Shown here in pieces: positions 12,861 through 25,880 of a DNA stretch of 64,000 bases; the first letter of the stretch is position 1, and each line of letters starts with the position of its first letter. The notes under the pieces are model-generated. The model did not search any database. It was not told where the DNA came from and was given only the letters and a program-made list of their open reading frames with translations. Both the position numbers and the translations under genes were made by a program. This DNA comes from Takakia lepidozioides (Eukaryota; Plantae; Bryophyta), in contig CM060731.1 of NCBI GenBank assembly GCA_030704615.1, positions 48,918,001-48,982,000 of the forward strand. The letters run 5' to 3'.

Positions 12861-15800
12861 TCTATCCAAAAATGTTACTAATCTCCCTACTCTCCTTTTC
12901 CGAATCAGGTAGACGAAGGAAGCAGCGAAAGTGCACCTGTTAATCCAGATTCCAGATTCAACCTCTTCACCTCAATCTATGCAGCTCAATGTTCCAGCTC
13001 AACAAGCTGCAGCCATCATTGGCGCCTCTCATTTTCGCAAAGGCCACACCGCCTGCACAACGAGTAAGACATATGTTCCTCTTATTGTACACTGCATGGG
13101 GGCTTAGGCTTCAATCAGAGTCCTTGTAAAAAGCTGCTACCCACTACCAACTGCTGGATGATGAGCTGCTGAATGCAGACAACGAGAACGCAAAACGCAA
13201 AGAGGACGCCCAGCGCCAACCTTGAAGATGTGTAAGAGGTTGATGATGAAGCTAAAGAGAAGTGTAAATCTTATGTGAGAATGACATACAGGGGTCCTCA
13301 GAGCATAGTGAACGTCGACAGCTGCTTTTCTACTACTGGTTGATCCCTCCTATATGGTTTCCCAAAGACCCCTTGGAGGAGACGAGAGAGGAGGAAGATT
13401 TCATGATCCCCGCTGTTTAGTCTCCATAAAACCAGGATAGGCAAGAGGAGCATACGACTGATCCTGGCCTGATCCTGAGGTTTCGGAGTGTGGTGACAAC
13501 AAACTGACAGCAAAGAAAACACTGACAGGACCCGGAGACCAGGGAGTTCGTCTTCCAAAGAGCTTGACTCGAGAGAGTAAGCCTGAAAGCACTAGCTCAA
13601 CTTCTGCAGGCGCAGATGCAAAAGATTTCCTCTATAACCTTTAGCTGGGAAAGTGGCCCGTAGCACAAATCCTGAGACTGGCGATAGGGTAGGTTGCTCC
13701 TGACATGGTTGGTGCAGATCAGAGAAGTCCATGGAGACTGGTGCTTTTGGCAAAGCAAGCCTACCGGCACACTTGTCTCGTTCCCTCGGTGCCTGCTGGC
13801 TGTTGCATTGACTTCAGGTCTATAAAGGCCTCCAACGCGCCTTAGTTTGAAATCGATTATAGTTTACGACGGCCAATTGTCATCTTCATAAGCTAAAATG
13901 ACAATTTGTAGCTTTTTGTCCTTGTAAGGATGACCTGCATAGAAAAGAATGGGGTTACATGCTGTATCTGTTATGAGAGATGGGTGTGGTCAGTGTGGAG
14001 GATAGTTGGCTGCAGACGAGTAAACTCTCGAGTAATAAGTGAGTGGGTTACATTATGGGCAGGCTCCTCAAAAAAAGATTGCTTTCAACTTTCGGCAAAA
14101 CGCAACTCAATCAGGCATGGAAAGGGCGCAGACCCAAAAATTGAAGAAACGGTTTGAGGCATACCTACCGGTATGGGCAACTGCCTTAATTTAGTTGTAA
14201 TCAACTTGTGTTTAGCCATCGGAATTGCTGTCTGAATGTGCAGAATTTGAAACAGAGATCTGCATTAACTGCCTGCTAGCTACTACGACTCTCCCCGCAT
14301 TTATGATACGCGTCCTCTTGCTTTTTCGAGCACCAGAAGAGACAAAAGAAACTAGATTGAAGGCATGAGCTCATCAGAGCAATATGATTGTCTACAAACT
14401 CTTGCGGCCTTTTCTCTAATCCAGACTCTATATCCTGTCAGTGCACGAATATCACTCTGCGGTCCCACGCTGTATTTTCGAACAGATTATAAGTAACATA
14501 TGACATACACTATGTAACAGGTGTGTCTGCGGTTCAACTCCACATCTGGAACTGTGTTGATTTTATATAGAAGGAAAAGTTACCTCACCTCCCAACTCCC
14601 AACCCATCGACTTATGTATCGGATCGCACGGTGACGCACCAGACCCCAGTGGGTATTTTTAGATTCCTGAGAGCGGACTTGGAGAAATTCTTTCAACAGT
14701 GCAAGATAAGTAAGTTATAAAGTGACCTGGAGCAATGATATAAATGTACCTAGATACAGTAGCAACTTCGCTTGCTGGGCACGTGCATTGCAAGTAGAAC
14801 TGTAGTCTAACGCTAGTCTGACAAAGCCTCATCAATATACACGATCTTTGTTGCGGGAAGCTGGCAGGAATCACCCCGTTTCCAATCAGCCCATGTTACT
14901 TACTCAAAGCACTGGTACCTGGCACGGCTGATCAAACCGCTGATCAAACCTTCATTGTCACTTGCAGTCCCCGAGCTATGGCTCACGAGGGCTTTTATCA
15001 GGAGGGGGTTTTCATGCCCCGTCCCTTCCAGTTAGTCCATTTTTTGTCCATGGTCTTTCTTCGCCCAGGCATTCACTGACCCACTATAGTTTTGCGGAAA
15101 ACATGGTGAGATCTGCACTATCAATGTGCCACCTAGCTGCTCATCCCTTTGCTTCAACGTGCCAGCACTGGCCAATAAGGAATCATCCTGATTTCATGTG
15201 CACATCTGCCATGTCTTCTACATAACCATTTGAAGGACAGTCCCACAGTAATGTCATCCAAGGTGACTTGGATTGGAAAGGAAAATTTTAATAAATATTT
15301 CTTAGTGTTGGTTGGAAAGTGTCTGTTGATGACTAAACAACCTTACAAAATGTTTGGATTTTGTACGACTGCAGTCTGGGAACCCATGAATTGTGAGCAT
15401 TCAAGAAGCCTTCTCATTTGCATCTGTGATTTCAATGTTACTTCGGGCACCTGAATTTCCAAAACCTTGCAGTACCGCTTGTTGTGATGAGCACCCCACA
15501 TTACTCTTCTCGTCAATGTACCAAGTTGGCTCGGTGTAAGTACACACTTGCTGTAAAATACCTCCAAAGAAATTGCAAGTCTTCTTACAATCGTCATCAG
15601 CAGAATCCAACAAATAAGTTTCTCGATTCCTTAAAAAAAAAAACTCGGGAGTGGCAGACCACGTCTCGCTTGTTTTCATAAGGTCACGACACACAGCTTG
15701 CGAGAATAGCTAGTTTTTGCAGTATCCACGATACAAGCTTGTAAATTGGGGTTATCATAATTTGAAATTTGGAGGGAAAAGTGGGCGTGGAGGTGGTGCA

Positions 15801-18332
15801 GTGTGTGCCTGACATATCTTACCACTTTAGCACGGAGAACAGATGCGCAGCGTGCACCTCAATCCGTGATGCCATTAAGAGATTTGTGTCTTGTTTATTG
15901 AGATGAGGTTGGCGGAGGATTCTTTCCCATTGAGCTTTACACTGTCTATGTGGTACTCTCTACACTGATGCATCTCGCGGTCGAATGCTCCAATTGTTTA
16001 TATATGCAAATCCTTCCCCACTGATTGGCAGATTGCACTCTCTTCTTGGCAGAATAATAAAGAGCTCTTCCAAGTGACGCCACCGGCACTGAGACACACG
16101 AACAATCCTGACACACGGCTGGGTACTGCTGTGTGCACTCCCGCCGTGTGTAGAGTGTGACCGATGCACGACCGATAGAAAGTGAAGGCAGAGTTAGAGC
16201 TGAGAGGGAACGACGTGCCGCGTTTTCTTGGGCAATGGTTGGAGGTAGTGCCGCTGTTCTGCAGACTTGTGCTTTTAGCACCTCAAACTTTCTCCAGGAC
16301 ATGCATCCTTGACCTCCAAGGTCAGAGTGGTTTAAAAATTCAAGATTATACACAGGTGTGTTCTGGACAGCGATCAACATTATGAAGAGCTAAAGAGTGG
16401 TTGTTGAAAGCAGCGCAGAGCCTGGCGATGTTGGGCATTGACCGCGGCCTATCAAGCCGTGCTTAGTGGAGTGGTGAATTTTCAATCTCCGGCAAGCGAG
16501 CCACCTTGTTTTTGTCGCATCAAAACTTGCTTTGCGAGGCCTGCTCCAAATTTGTCGACCCACAAAAATTACGTCTTTTACAGTAAATGAGGAGTAAATG
16601 ACATGAAGGAGAGATTGCGAGCTCGTTGTTGCAAAGTCATGGTTCAACGTGCATGGACTTGAACATCAAAATACATCGCCTGCTTATTAAAACTTCTGCC
16701 ATTCCTGATGTGTACCAGAGAGATTGCTGTGGGCAAAGCTAACTTAACATACATTTCCCAGCCACACATCTAATTGTATCATCATCTTCGAATCACGAGG
16801 ACCTTGTTGTGAATATACTACACTGATTGAAGATGAATGTTTGTATATTAGGATGGATTACCATTCGATCGAGCCGCTGGTGAGCCATGCCTTGAATCCT
16901 CGTCAACCGAACTTTTCCGTAGATTATTCTTGCATTCTTTGGAGCCCGTTTGTTTGTTATCTTTGTCACATTCTCGGGTAGAGAATGTCATATCATGTCC
17001 CCAAACTCTCGGTAGCAGATGTATGTGGAAAAACCTACACTTGATCAGCTATGCAGGCCTGCCTTCCTCAAAATTTCAGTCAACAGCCCACAGCGCTTAG
17101 AGTTTTCGGGCAAGGGTTTGATTGCAAGCACTTCCATCATTACAATGGTAATTAACTCGTCTGTGTGCAACGATTTTTTCTGGTCATTGATCTGTTAATT
17201 CATGAGGGGTAAGCTACAAAATGATACACAGATAAGGAACGCATGATGGGACCACTTTCGTTAAATTGCTGAAAGATTATACACACCATCACTCCTTTGA
17301 AATCCCCCCAATTATGTAATGGCTCAGTAACCGGAAGTTTTACCCTGGCGGGATGGGACGTGTAGAGCACGAAATCGAGTAAGTTTGCAACCTGCTTGGG
17401 TGAAGCAATCGTGCATCGACACCGAGCCTTTCAATGCGCTAGCTCAACAGCGTGGGGTTGGTCATACGTTGCTATCTCCACATTTTCTACCCACTCGCAG
17501 CAACTGATAGGATGCATGCACCAAAGGCATGGGGTGCGCATCTTGTGTGCGCTCTCTGTGCGCTGGGCCTTGCAGCCAGGTTGCATGAATCAAAGCACAT
17601 GGTTGTCGATGCAAAATTCATGACTTTGGATAATTAACCCCCTGGGTGCCTGATCATGAATCTTTCCGTGAAATTTAGTCTGCGTGAATGTATTCTGTAA
17701 ACCTGCATTATGTCAGTTGACGACATTGCCACTTCGATAAAATAGGACATCTGGGTAGTCGTCATTTGTGTATGTGAAGGTGTATAGGAGCTTGGAAAGT
17801 CATGCATGAAAACGTGCAGCCTTCTTGGCCTGTGCAATCTAAAGGGATGTAGTGGTGTTGATACTATGGAACCAAGTGGAGTCATTTGTCAGGAAATTGG
17901 GTAGCTGGTGGTCAGCCCACATGCATACTATATGCCACATGGTCCATTTGCCTGTAAAGTGAGCTGTTCTTGGATCTAATTATGTAGATACAGGTCTGAA
18001 ATTTTTGATAACTGGCCCCAGGATTTCAGTGGAGACATATCTGGAAAACTACAACACAGAATTATCCCTCGTTTCGCTCCACATAGTACACTTTGAACAG
18101 GACTGATGTAGGTACGATAGACCTGTAACATATCATCAATGCAAGGAAGCCTGTCGAAGCTGAACGCTCCATATTAAGAACAAGTTCAGCACAAGCAAGA
18201 AACGCTCGCACCCCCTCTGTTGAAGCCTCGTTGAAGCTTGTCTAGATTTGAAGACTCTGTCACGACTATTTATGTTTTTGTGTATGAGTCCTGAAGTTTT
18301 TCGATCACTGTAGTTTGAAGTAGTAAGTTACA

Positions 18333-19369
18333 ATGGCGGCCACCCTCTCGGTGCAAGAAGAGCTACAGGTGCCGATCGACCGTGTCTGGAACGCGGTCAA
18401 GGATGCAGATATCCTGCTACCAAAACTCGTGCCAGAATTCATCAGCAGCCAGTATAAGCTAGAGGGTGATGGAGGCCCTGGGACCGTCCGCCTGATCCAA
18501 TTTGGGCCTGGTATGTCAGATTACCTTTTGAAGACATCTAGATACTTGTAATTACGTGCGTTTAAATAGAGTTCTAGCCCATCATTGCATGCATTTTTTG
18601 GGAGATCAAGTTCTTAATATAGTCTGAACGTTCATTTGAGCGCTTCAAACGCATAAAAAAAAACCAGACTTCGTAGTTTATCATGCACAGGTCACCAAGT
18701 GTTGATCCTGTTGGGAGTTTCGGAGAGAGAAGACTGTCGAAAATGCAGCGCAAATGAGAGCATTGAGCAGATTTCCTTGTGGGCGGGCTTTATCAGTGCC
18801 CTGGGAATTTTGCACATACATGGTGGTCGCCCGGTGGTCGTATGTGGAAATTAGCAAGATTCATAGATAGAAAATCAAGAGATGTCATGTGTAGTACTGT
18901 GGACCTTTCAGCACAGCTTTGAACTCAAAACGTCAGACTACTTCCCCACTACTTCATAGTCGTGGAACGTAATTCCAAGAGTTTAGTGCCCCGCAGCGTC
19001 GTGTTGGGGAAAGTACTAGTTCATATGCAGTGAAGTGGGGAGAGACATAGAGAGCATAACGTGCGTGACATGCGTTGATCAGCGATGCCGGATGTGACCA
19101 TTGCAAAGGAGCGCATCGACGTGTTGGACGACGCGAGCCACACTGTTACCTACACTGTGATTGAGGGACCAACTGACAAGTACAGCCTCCTCAGGACCAC
19201 AATTATCTTCACTGCTGGAGCCGACGGAAAATCTACCATAGCTTCCTGGAGTGTGGAGTACGAAGCAGTTGGAGATCAGGGGCCCCCAGAGCCTGCCATG
19301 CTGGGTGCTTTGCATGTGTTCAAGGCTGTAGAGGGTTATTTGCTCTCTGACCTAGCAGCATATACGTGA
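18333..19369 (+). CDS. PR-10 / Bet v 1 (START-like) family protein, 154 aa
   Basis: Exons 18333-18510 and 19083-19369 (GT-AG, phase 1). Glycine loop LEGDGGPGTVRLIQFG and the motif KERIDVLDDASHTVTYTVIEG. Confidence 0.93.
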
Positions 19370-21904
19370 GGCGATCTAGGTAGTGGTCTCTACAGAGCTC
19401 CGCGTTACCTTCAGTCTGCTCCAGGAATACTAGCCTAATTACTCTCCTGGTGCGGCCACCGCACATGGGTCATTACATACGCGATTCCAGATCAGAACTT
19501 TGTTAGATATATAAGTGGCCGACGCTGCAAATATATTTTTGATTTGGCATTCGATTCTTGAAGGACTCCTTCGGGAACACATCTAGGTATGCTAGATTTA
19601 TTCTCGAAGGTAGTGCTGAGTGTTTCTTTCAGCTTATGAATAAATTCGATTTCCCGGATCCGACGCTTAACATTCAGAGCTGGGGCCGATGGCCATGTGA
19701 TTGGAACATATTCTCGAGCTCAAGCTTCTCTGGAGGGCTCCGTGAAACGATTCCTAACCTGTGGATGCATACATGTAACTAGCTCCTAAATGACAAGGAC
19801 CTACACTTGTAAAACAATGGAAGCTTGCACTCTTCATCCTTCCAGTGAGAAGCACACAAACTGCTGATTTCTGAATGTAAACTAATTCATCGTCTTGGCC
19901 CCGCCCTAGGGATTCATTCCAAAAGGCCTTGATGATGTGAAATGCAGCGCAATTCACTTGATCAGAATGCCAATTCAATTGAATAACCCTAATTTGCAAT
20001 TCAATTGAATTGTAATCTATAATTTTTAACGCAATTTTGTATATATAATATATATAATATATTGTATATGTATCGTATTACACATATACATACGAGAGTA
20101 TAAGCTGAATATACATGCTGGCCCGTCTATTCCTGCTGCCCGTCCATCCTTTGCTTGTGGTAAAGCCTAAGTCACGACATGAGTCGCGTAGCCTAAAGGA
20201 GAAAAATATATACTAGAAGAGAGAGCGAGAGCTGAGAGCGAGGGAAAAGGGACAGAGAGAAATGAAGTGATGAAGGGTTTTTAGGGCAGAGGTGCCCTAA
20301 AAAGTGAAAGGATCAAATCAGTTGGAGGACGAGAAGTAACGAGAGAGAAGAATGCAACAACAAGTTTAGGGTTGAGCGGTGGTGGAGCGGTGGTGGCGCT
20401 ATGTATGATGGAAGCCTTCTTGGATCACAAAATGACAAGATCTGCCCATGAGTAAGCACATTCCCATATTGGCATGAGTTCCCCAATCATTGATAAAGAT
20501 ATCATTTTAGCTAAAGCTGTAGTTCTTGTGTACGTGCAGGTGACTCATGAGTTTTGAGGAGAGAAACTTTAGGGGTAGTAGAGTGGGTTTACCCAAACGC
20601 TCCTCAAACACACACACTGAAAGAAAGAGCTTGATCACATGGTTTGTCTTCAACCTGCCCACACTGTGTACTGTGGTTTGCTAAATACATTTTAGGATAG
20701 AGTAGTTGTTGTTTCAAAGTAACATTTGGTTCATCTACTTGATAGCCTATGTGAACTTTAAGTGACGTAAGTCCTATGGGGAGTGTGTGAGTGGATGCAG
20801 TATGTGACTATAGAATAACAGCAAACAATTACAACAAGGGCAAGGTCGAAGGCATTGGCACTGGGGCTATTAAGCAGAGATAAAGACGATCATGTGAGCA
20901 TGGAAAACAACCATTTGGATGGTGACAAAGTAGTGGATGATTTAGTACTTTATGTGGAAGCAATGTTGAATGAGGGTGCCACAATGAAATCAATCGCCAC
21001 TGCCCTTTCTTTGATGATGTACGCCATTGAGAAGATTGTATCAGAAGTCCAAGGGTCTCCTTTCAAAGTTTCATCATCAATTGAGTGTCCAAACGCTTGT
21101 GTGAAAAGATTCAAGAGTTACTATCCTATTGAAGAGAATGGGACAAATTGAGGAATGAGAACAGTGCAATCTGCCTTAAGGAGGTCAAATTGGCGGATTC
21201 CTTGAAGGAAGGATTAATGAAAACGGTCGATATCGTCGATCACATGTTCATGCTCGTTTCTTTCGTGAGTATGAACGTTTGCATGGGTAAGCTCATGGTT
21301 TTCTCTTGTTTGTACTTTCATTGTTAAGCTACAATTTACATTGGAATGTTATTCTAATGTGTGGTGATGTGTTTTGATCATGTAGATGGACCAGCCACCT
21401 TATTGATGACCCACGATTCAGGGAAGACCCCCGACACATTTGGTAACGAAGACTTGGGGCCTCGTGGGAATCAAAGGTGGCGATGTGCAGGTGGTTTGCA
21501 TGACCTTCCTACCAAAGGAGCTGAACTCATTCCTGACATGGTTCGTGTCCGTGCACAAGCTTATGAAATTGGAAAGGTTGGGAAGGATTCGATCTCTTGT
21601 TTTCATCTCCACTACTACATGTCTCGGTATTATTGTGGTTTGGCAACGCATGAAAATAGATATTTTGATCAATTGGACCTCATTGGTAATACCGTGTTAA
21701 GTAGGGAAGCTCCTCCAACTTTTAATTACACAAGCTCTTGTATGTAATTGTGATTAATTAACTGAATAAGTGGGACAATCACATTCAAAGATAATTATTT
21801 TATTTCTGTCACGTACTTGAGGATTTCTGTTAAATAAGTGTCATTCATCATATCCATTGTCCATATTGAACCATACACCCTAAACATCAAACCATACTAC
21901 TTGG

Positions 21905-22373
21905 GGGCAGGGCCTGGGTTGTACGATCTTTGGAGGGTTGTGAAATTGTTGGTTTCATTAGGAAGTGCACAGCGTGAGGGCTCATGAGGCCGCCTTTTTT
22001 ATCTCCAACAATCTTTGTCTGCCCCACATATGAGACAATGATGACCAACTTGCCTCATTTTCAAGAACCCTCTATTCATAAATCTAAGAATTTTGCATAC
22101 AGTAGTAATAAAAATCCTAAGTCAGACAAGATGGAGAGATTGAGGGCAGGGCCTGGGTTGTACGATCTTTGGAGGGTTGTGAAATTGTTGGGTTTCATTA
22201 GGAAGTGCACAGCGTGAGGCTCATGAGGCCGCCTTTTATCTCCAACAATCTTTGTCTGCCCCAATATGAGACAATGATGACCAACTTGCCTCATTTTCAA
22301 GACCCTCTATTCATAATCTAAGAATTTTGCATACAGTAATAAAAATCCTAAGTCAGACAAGATGGAGAGATTG
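21905..22373. repeat. ~239-bp tandem duplication
   Basis: gggcagggcctgggttgtacgatctttggagg...gtcagacaagatggagagattga occurs twice. The copies differ mainly by short indels. Confidence 0.9.
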
Positions 22374-23559
22374 AAGTAGAACCTTGATGTCTTTGACTTT
22401 GAGTTGACCGATGATGATATCAAGCCCTTGACAAAAGCCTGCGCACCAACGACCCTGAGAATTTTTGTGTATCAATCTCTTCTGAGGATGAGTTTGACTG
22501 GTGGGTGTTGCTTACAATCTAAATATGTTAGCATGTTTCATCTGCACCTTGAGACACTAACCAATTTCATACTGCCAAGCCCTTTATAGTGCCAATATAT
22601 GGCTATGTACATATACCAAACATGATACCACTGTAAGAGTATCAACGTCTAAGAGTTGATATATTAAACTCTCTATCGAACACACAGCCCAATTGCAACA
22701 TGATACCTTTGTAAGGGTATCGAAACAAGATTATTGGAGATAATTCTCGAAATGAACATGTCTTTTGTTTTCTCTGGGGTTGTGTCATGGGGCCAGATAC
22801 TAGTGCCAGGGGAGTACATGATGATGCAGGGGAAGCCATTCATCAATTGTGAGGTTTGAAATTGTCTGTTTCTTTCAGAGCTAGCCATATTTCTTTTGCC
22901 AGTGAACCAGAGGAAGCTGAAGCACTTCTGAGTAAGCCATCTGTCTCCCAAAGGGTCCCCCAAAAAATGAGATGGAGCTAGCCCTGGCATGCACATCAAA
23001 CCCATTTAGCTCACAAGCAGTTTAAGGAGGTTTGCATAAACATTTGGCAAAGGTTTGAGGGGCTTTGCCTCATTCCAACAACAGTATTTACCAAAGCACA
23101 TAACGTGCTTGTAATAACACTCGGGCTGCATGTGGGGTTCATGGGATGCTGAATGGAAGTTGAGGAATTTGAAAGGCTGGAGTGGGAATCGAGAGCATGA
23201 ATGCTGGGTTCTGCAATAGGATGAGATTATGGTTGTAGTGCAACGTTGTAGTGGGTTTGTTATTGGCAGCCCAACACTTGCAAGCCACATGCCCACTCCT
23301 ATGAAGGTGTGACTGGTGATCTAGTGACCAGTCACTTAGTCAAACCAGCGATACGCAGGCAGTGGGTAGAGTGGTGGATGAGCAGCACATGGAGAGAGGT
23401 GTGCACATGGAAGATCAATGTCAAGTCCATATCAGCCCTTATGCCAAGTTATATTGCTTCCCCTTGTGCTCAATACCTCTACAGAGCGTGACTACAAACG
23501 TTGAAGGGCCAAGCATAATTTCTTGTCATTACCACCATGGTGGTTTGAGTTTATTTCAC

Positions 23560-25000
23560 TGTATAACTTGTCCCAGTATAATTTTTTCTGAGACCTAACA
23601 AGCTGATTGATATCTTTACGGAGCTGGTAGTACCTCGCCCACAATTCTCTGTTGGTTTCCAAATTGCAGCACTGTTTATAGAGGGCTCCTGTCTCAGCTA
23701 TCTTGAGTTTAATCTCATTAGTCCCCAACTAACTGCTCTACCGCAGACAATTAGTTTCCTCCCAATGATCTTGTCAGCCACGGAGGAAACGAAACTCTCC
23801 CAAGAGTCCACTGCTCTTTCGACTTCATTTATTGCGTTAACAGAGCGTGACTGAAGTTCTTGGAGCGATTGGACAAAATGAGGGAGAGCCTCTTGCAAGG
23901 CCTGGACGTACTCAGCCTTGACCTCCTCATTGTGGAATTTTTCTATGCGCCACTTCCGAATCGAACGTTTCACAGATCTCTTGGTGGTGGGAAAACACCT
24001 TTTGATCTCAGTCCAAACCAGCAAGTGGTCAGAGGTACCAATATCAGTTCTGTCGATCAACACATCGGCACACTGGGGGAACAAAATTTTGTCCATTATG
24101 ATATAGTCCACAATGGAACGTTCCCCAGTTTGGGGTTCCTCACGAGTCCACTGCACTTGGTCACCTCTTGTCCTGTTATTCAAGGTCAAAAGCTGAAGCT
24201 CTTCTAGACAGTTAATTAACCGTCTGCCATTAGAATTCAGCTCGTCCTCACCAAAAGGTCCAATGATATCGTCCTGATGGATCCCTTTGCCCACCCAGGC
24301 ATTGAAGTCCCCCAATAGTACCACCTGACCTTTGGCAAGGAACGAAGCACAGTCCAGCTTCAAACTTGTGAGGCCTTGTCTGCGTCAGCACACAGGGTCC
24401 CCTCTGTGGGCATGTAAACACAACGGACAAAGAGGTCCGGCAGAGTACTCATGCCGCCCTTCAAATTCAGTTTTAGCCAGATACTATGCTCGTACCTCAA
24501 ACCCTTGTTGATAATTTCACAATTGTCAAACAAGAAATCACGGACGAACTTATTTGAGATTGAATTGATGCAGGACTCTATTAGAAGCACTTTTGGTCAT
24601 TGCAACCTTCAACGTACCCCTGTTATCAAGTCTCGAGATGGTACCATTAACCATGAAATCCAAGCCTAAGGTAGAGCATGTAGTTTTAAAGGACACATCG
24701 TCCATCCTGGGATTCACCCCAAAAACTACACATGAAGCCCTAGATTTGGCATAAGTAACCAATTCCCAGGGATCACCCTGAGGAGTGTTGATGTTGATAG
24801 GAGCTAAATTTTTGATTGTTTTCACAGGCCATAAGTTTAAGCACAGGAACCAACCCGAGCCCCAAGTGCCGAGTATGCTAGACAGAGCATACGACTGCCC
24901 AATTTGGGCGGAGGGGCTGCCCCCAAGCGGTAGGAGTCCGCTTGTTACCATTCAGAGATCACACTCCAGGGAGTTGCAGGGAATGGCCCGTGTAGGCATA
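23560..25000 (-). mobile_element. LINE fragment: partial APE-type endonuclease domain, possibly with an ORF1 remnant
   Basis: ORFs 24360-24590 and 23698-24363 carry CVYMP, VVLLGDFNAWVG, NSNGRRL, SIVDYII and TSDHLLVW (EEP endonuclease motifs). Frameshifted, with no RT domain following. Confidence 0.85.
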
Positions 25001-25189
25001 TTCTAAAGAGGGAAAGGCCCCAAGCTTTCCAACTAAATCCAATGCACTACCTTACCTGAAGCAAAACGCTTAAGGTCGAAACAAACAAGGACACGAGGTC
25101 AGAAGGCCGGCATTTAGTGACAGAGACATTAATGTACTCCGTTTCAAGTCCACCCAATGTCAATAGGCTTCCTAGAGGACAGGGAGAAA

Positions 25190-25192
<3 letters not shown>

Positions 25193-25222
<30 letters not shown>
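25193..25222. repeat. (GA)n microsatellite
   Basis: Seen directly. Confidence 0.95.
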
Positions 25223-25225
<3 letters not shown>

Positions 25226-25629
25226 GAAATGAAATAGGGTCTGGTTGTTTGTTTCTCCCTTGGCACCTAAGGTGATATTAGTTGTCCTCCGCATACATAT
25301 CCAGCACACCAGAAAGAGAAGAAAGCTCTTTGAACTTACTTGAAGCATCTTGTATTTCCGAGGGTGCAACATCCTTCATACTCAGGATGGACACGGTTGC
25401 CTTACCAAATGTGTCAGCTCTGCTGCTGCCTCTTCCTTGGCCTCTTCCTGTCCACCCAACCATGACACGTACCATGAAAAACTCACTTGACATTTCTATC
25501 CCACTCTTCTTATTGAGTAAACCAAAAACAATAGACAATCGTAGCCAAGTGCTACGCGATGAACAGCTGTAGAATCTAACAAGCGAGGACTGGGATAAAA
25601 ACAGAGATAAGAATGCGTACGTTGCCAAT

Positions 25630-25880
25630 CCCTCTGTAGGTATACTAAACAGGGCAACTACCTCATAACGATACCTCAACCTGCATATAGGCTGATTTGA
25701 CCAGGTTTCTTTGTAAGTCAGGCGCTATACCTCTGGTGGTATACTAAACAGGGCTACTGTCTCATGACGATACCTCCGCATAAATATAGATTAATTTGGC
25801 CAACTTTTCTTGTAAAATGAAATACTATACCTCTGTAGATATATCAAACAGGGCTACAACCTAATGACGATACCTCTACT
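25630..25880. repeat. Three ~100-bp-period subterminal repeats
   Basis: cctctg..g(g/a)tat..aaacagggc...c..a(a/t)gacgatacctc variants at ~25630, ~25730 and ~25830. Confidence 0.75.

Noticed and set aside
22673-23296. Helitron-like CC..LxPLP motif (YCCWNEAKPLKPLP)
   Set aside because: A single short resemblance with no Rep or helicase motifs nearby.
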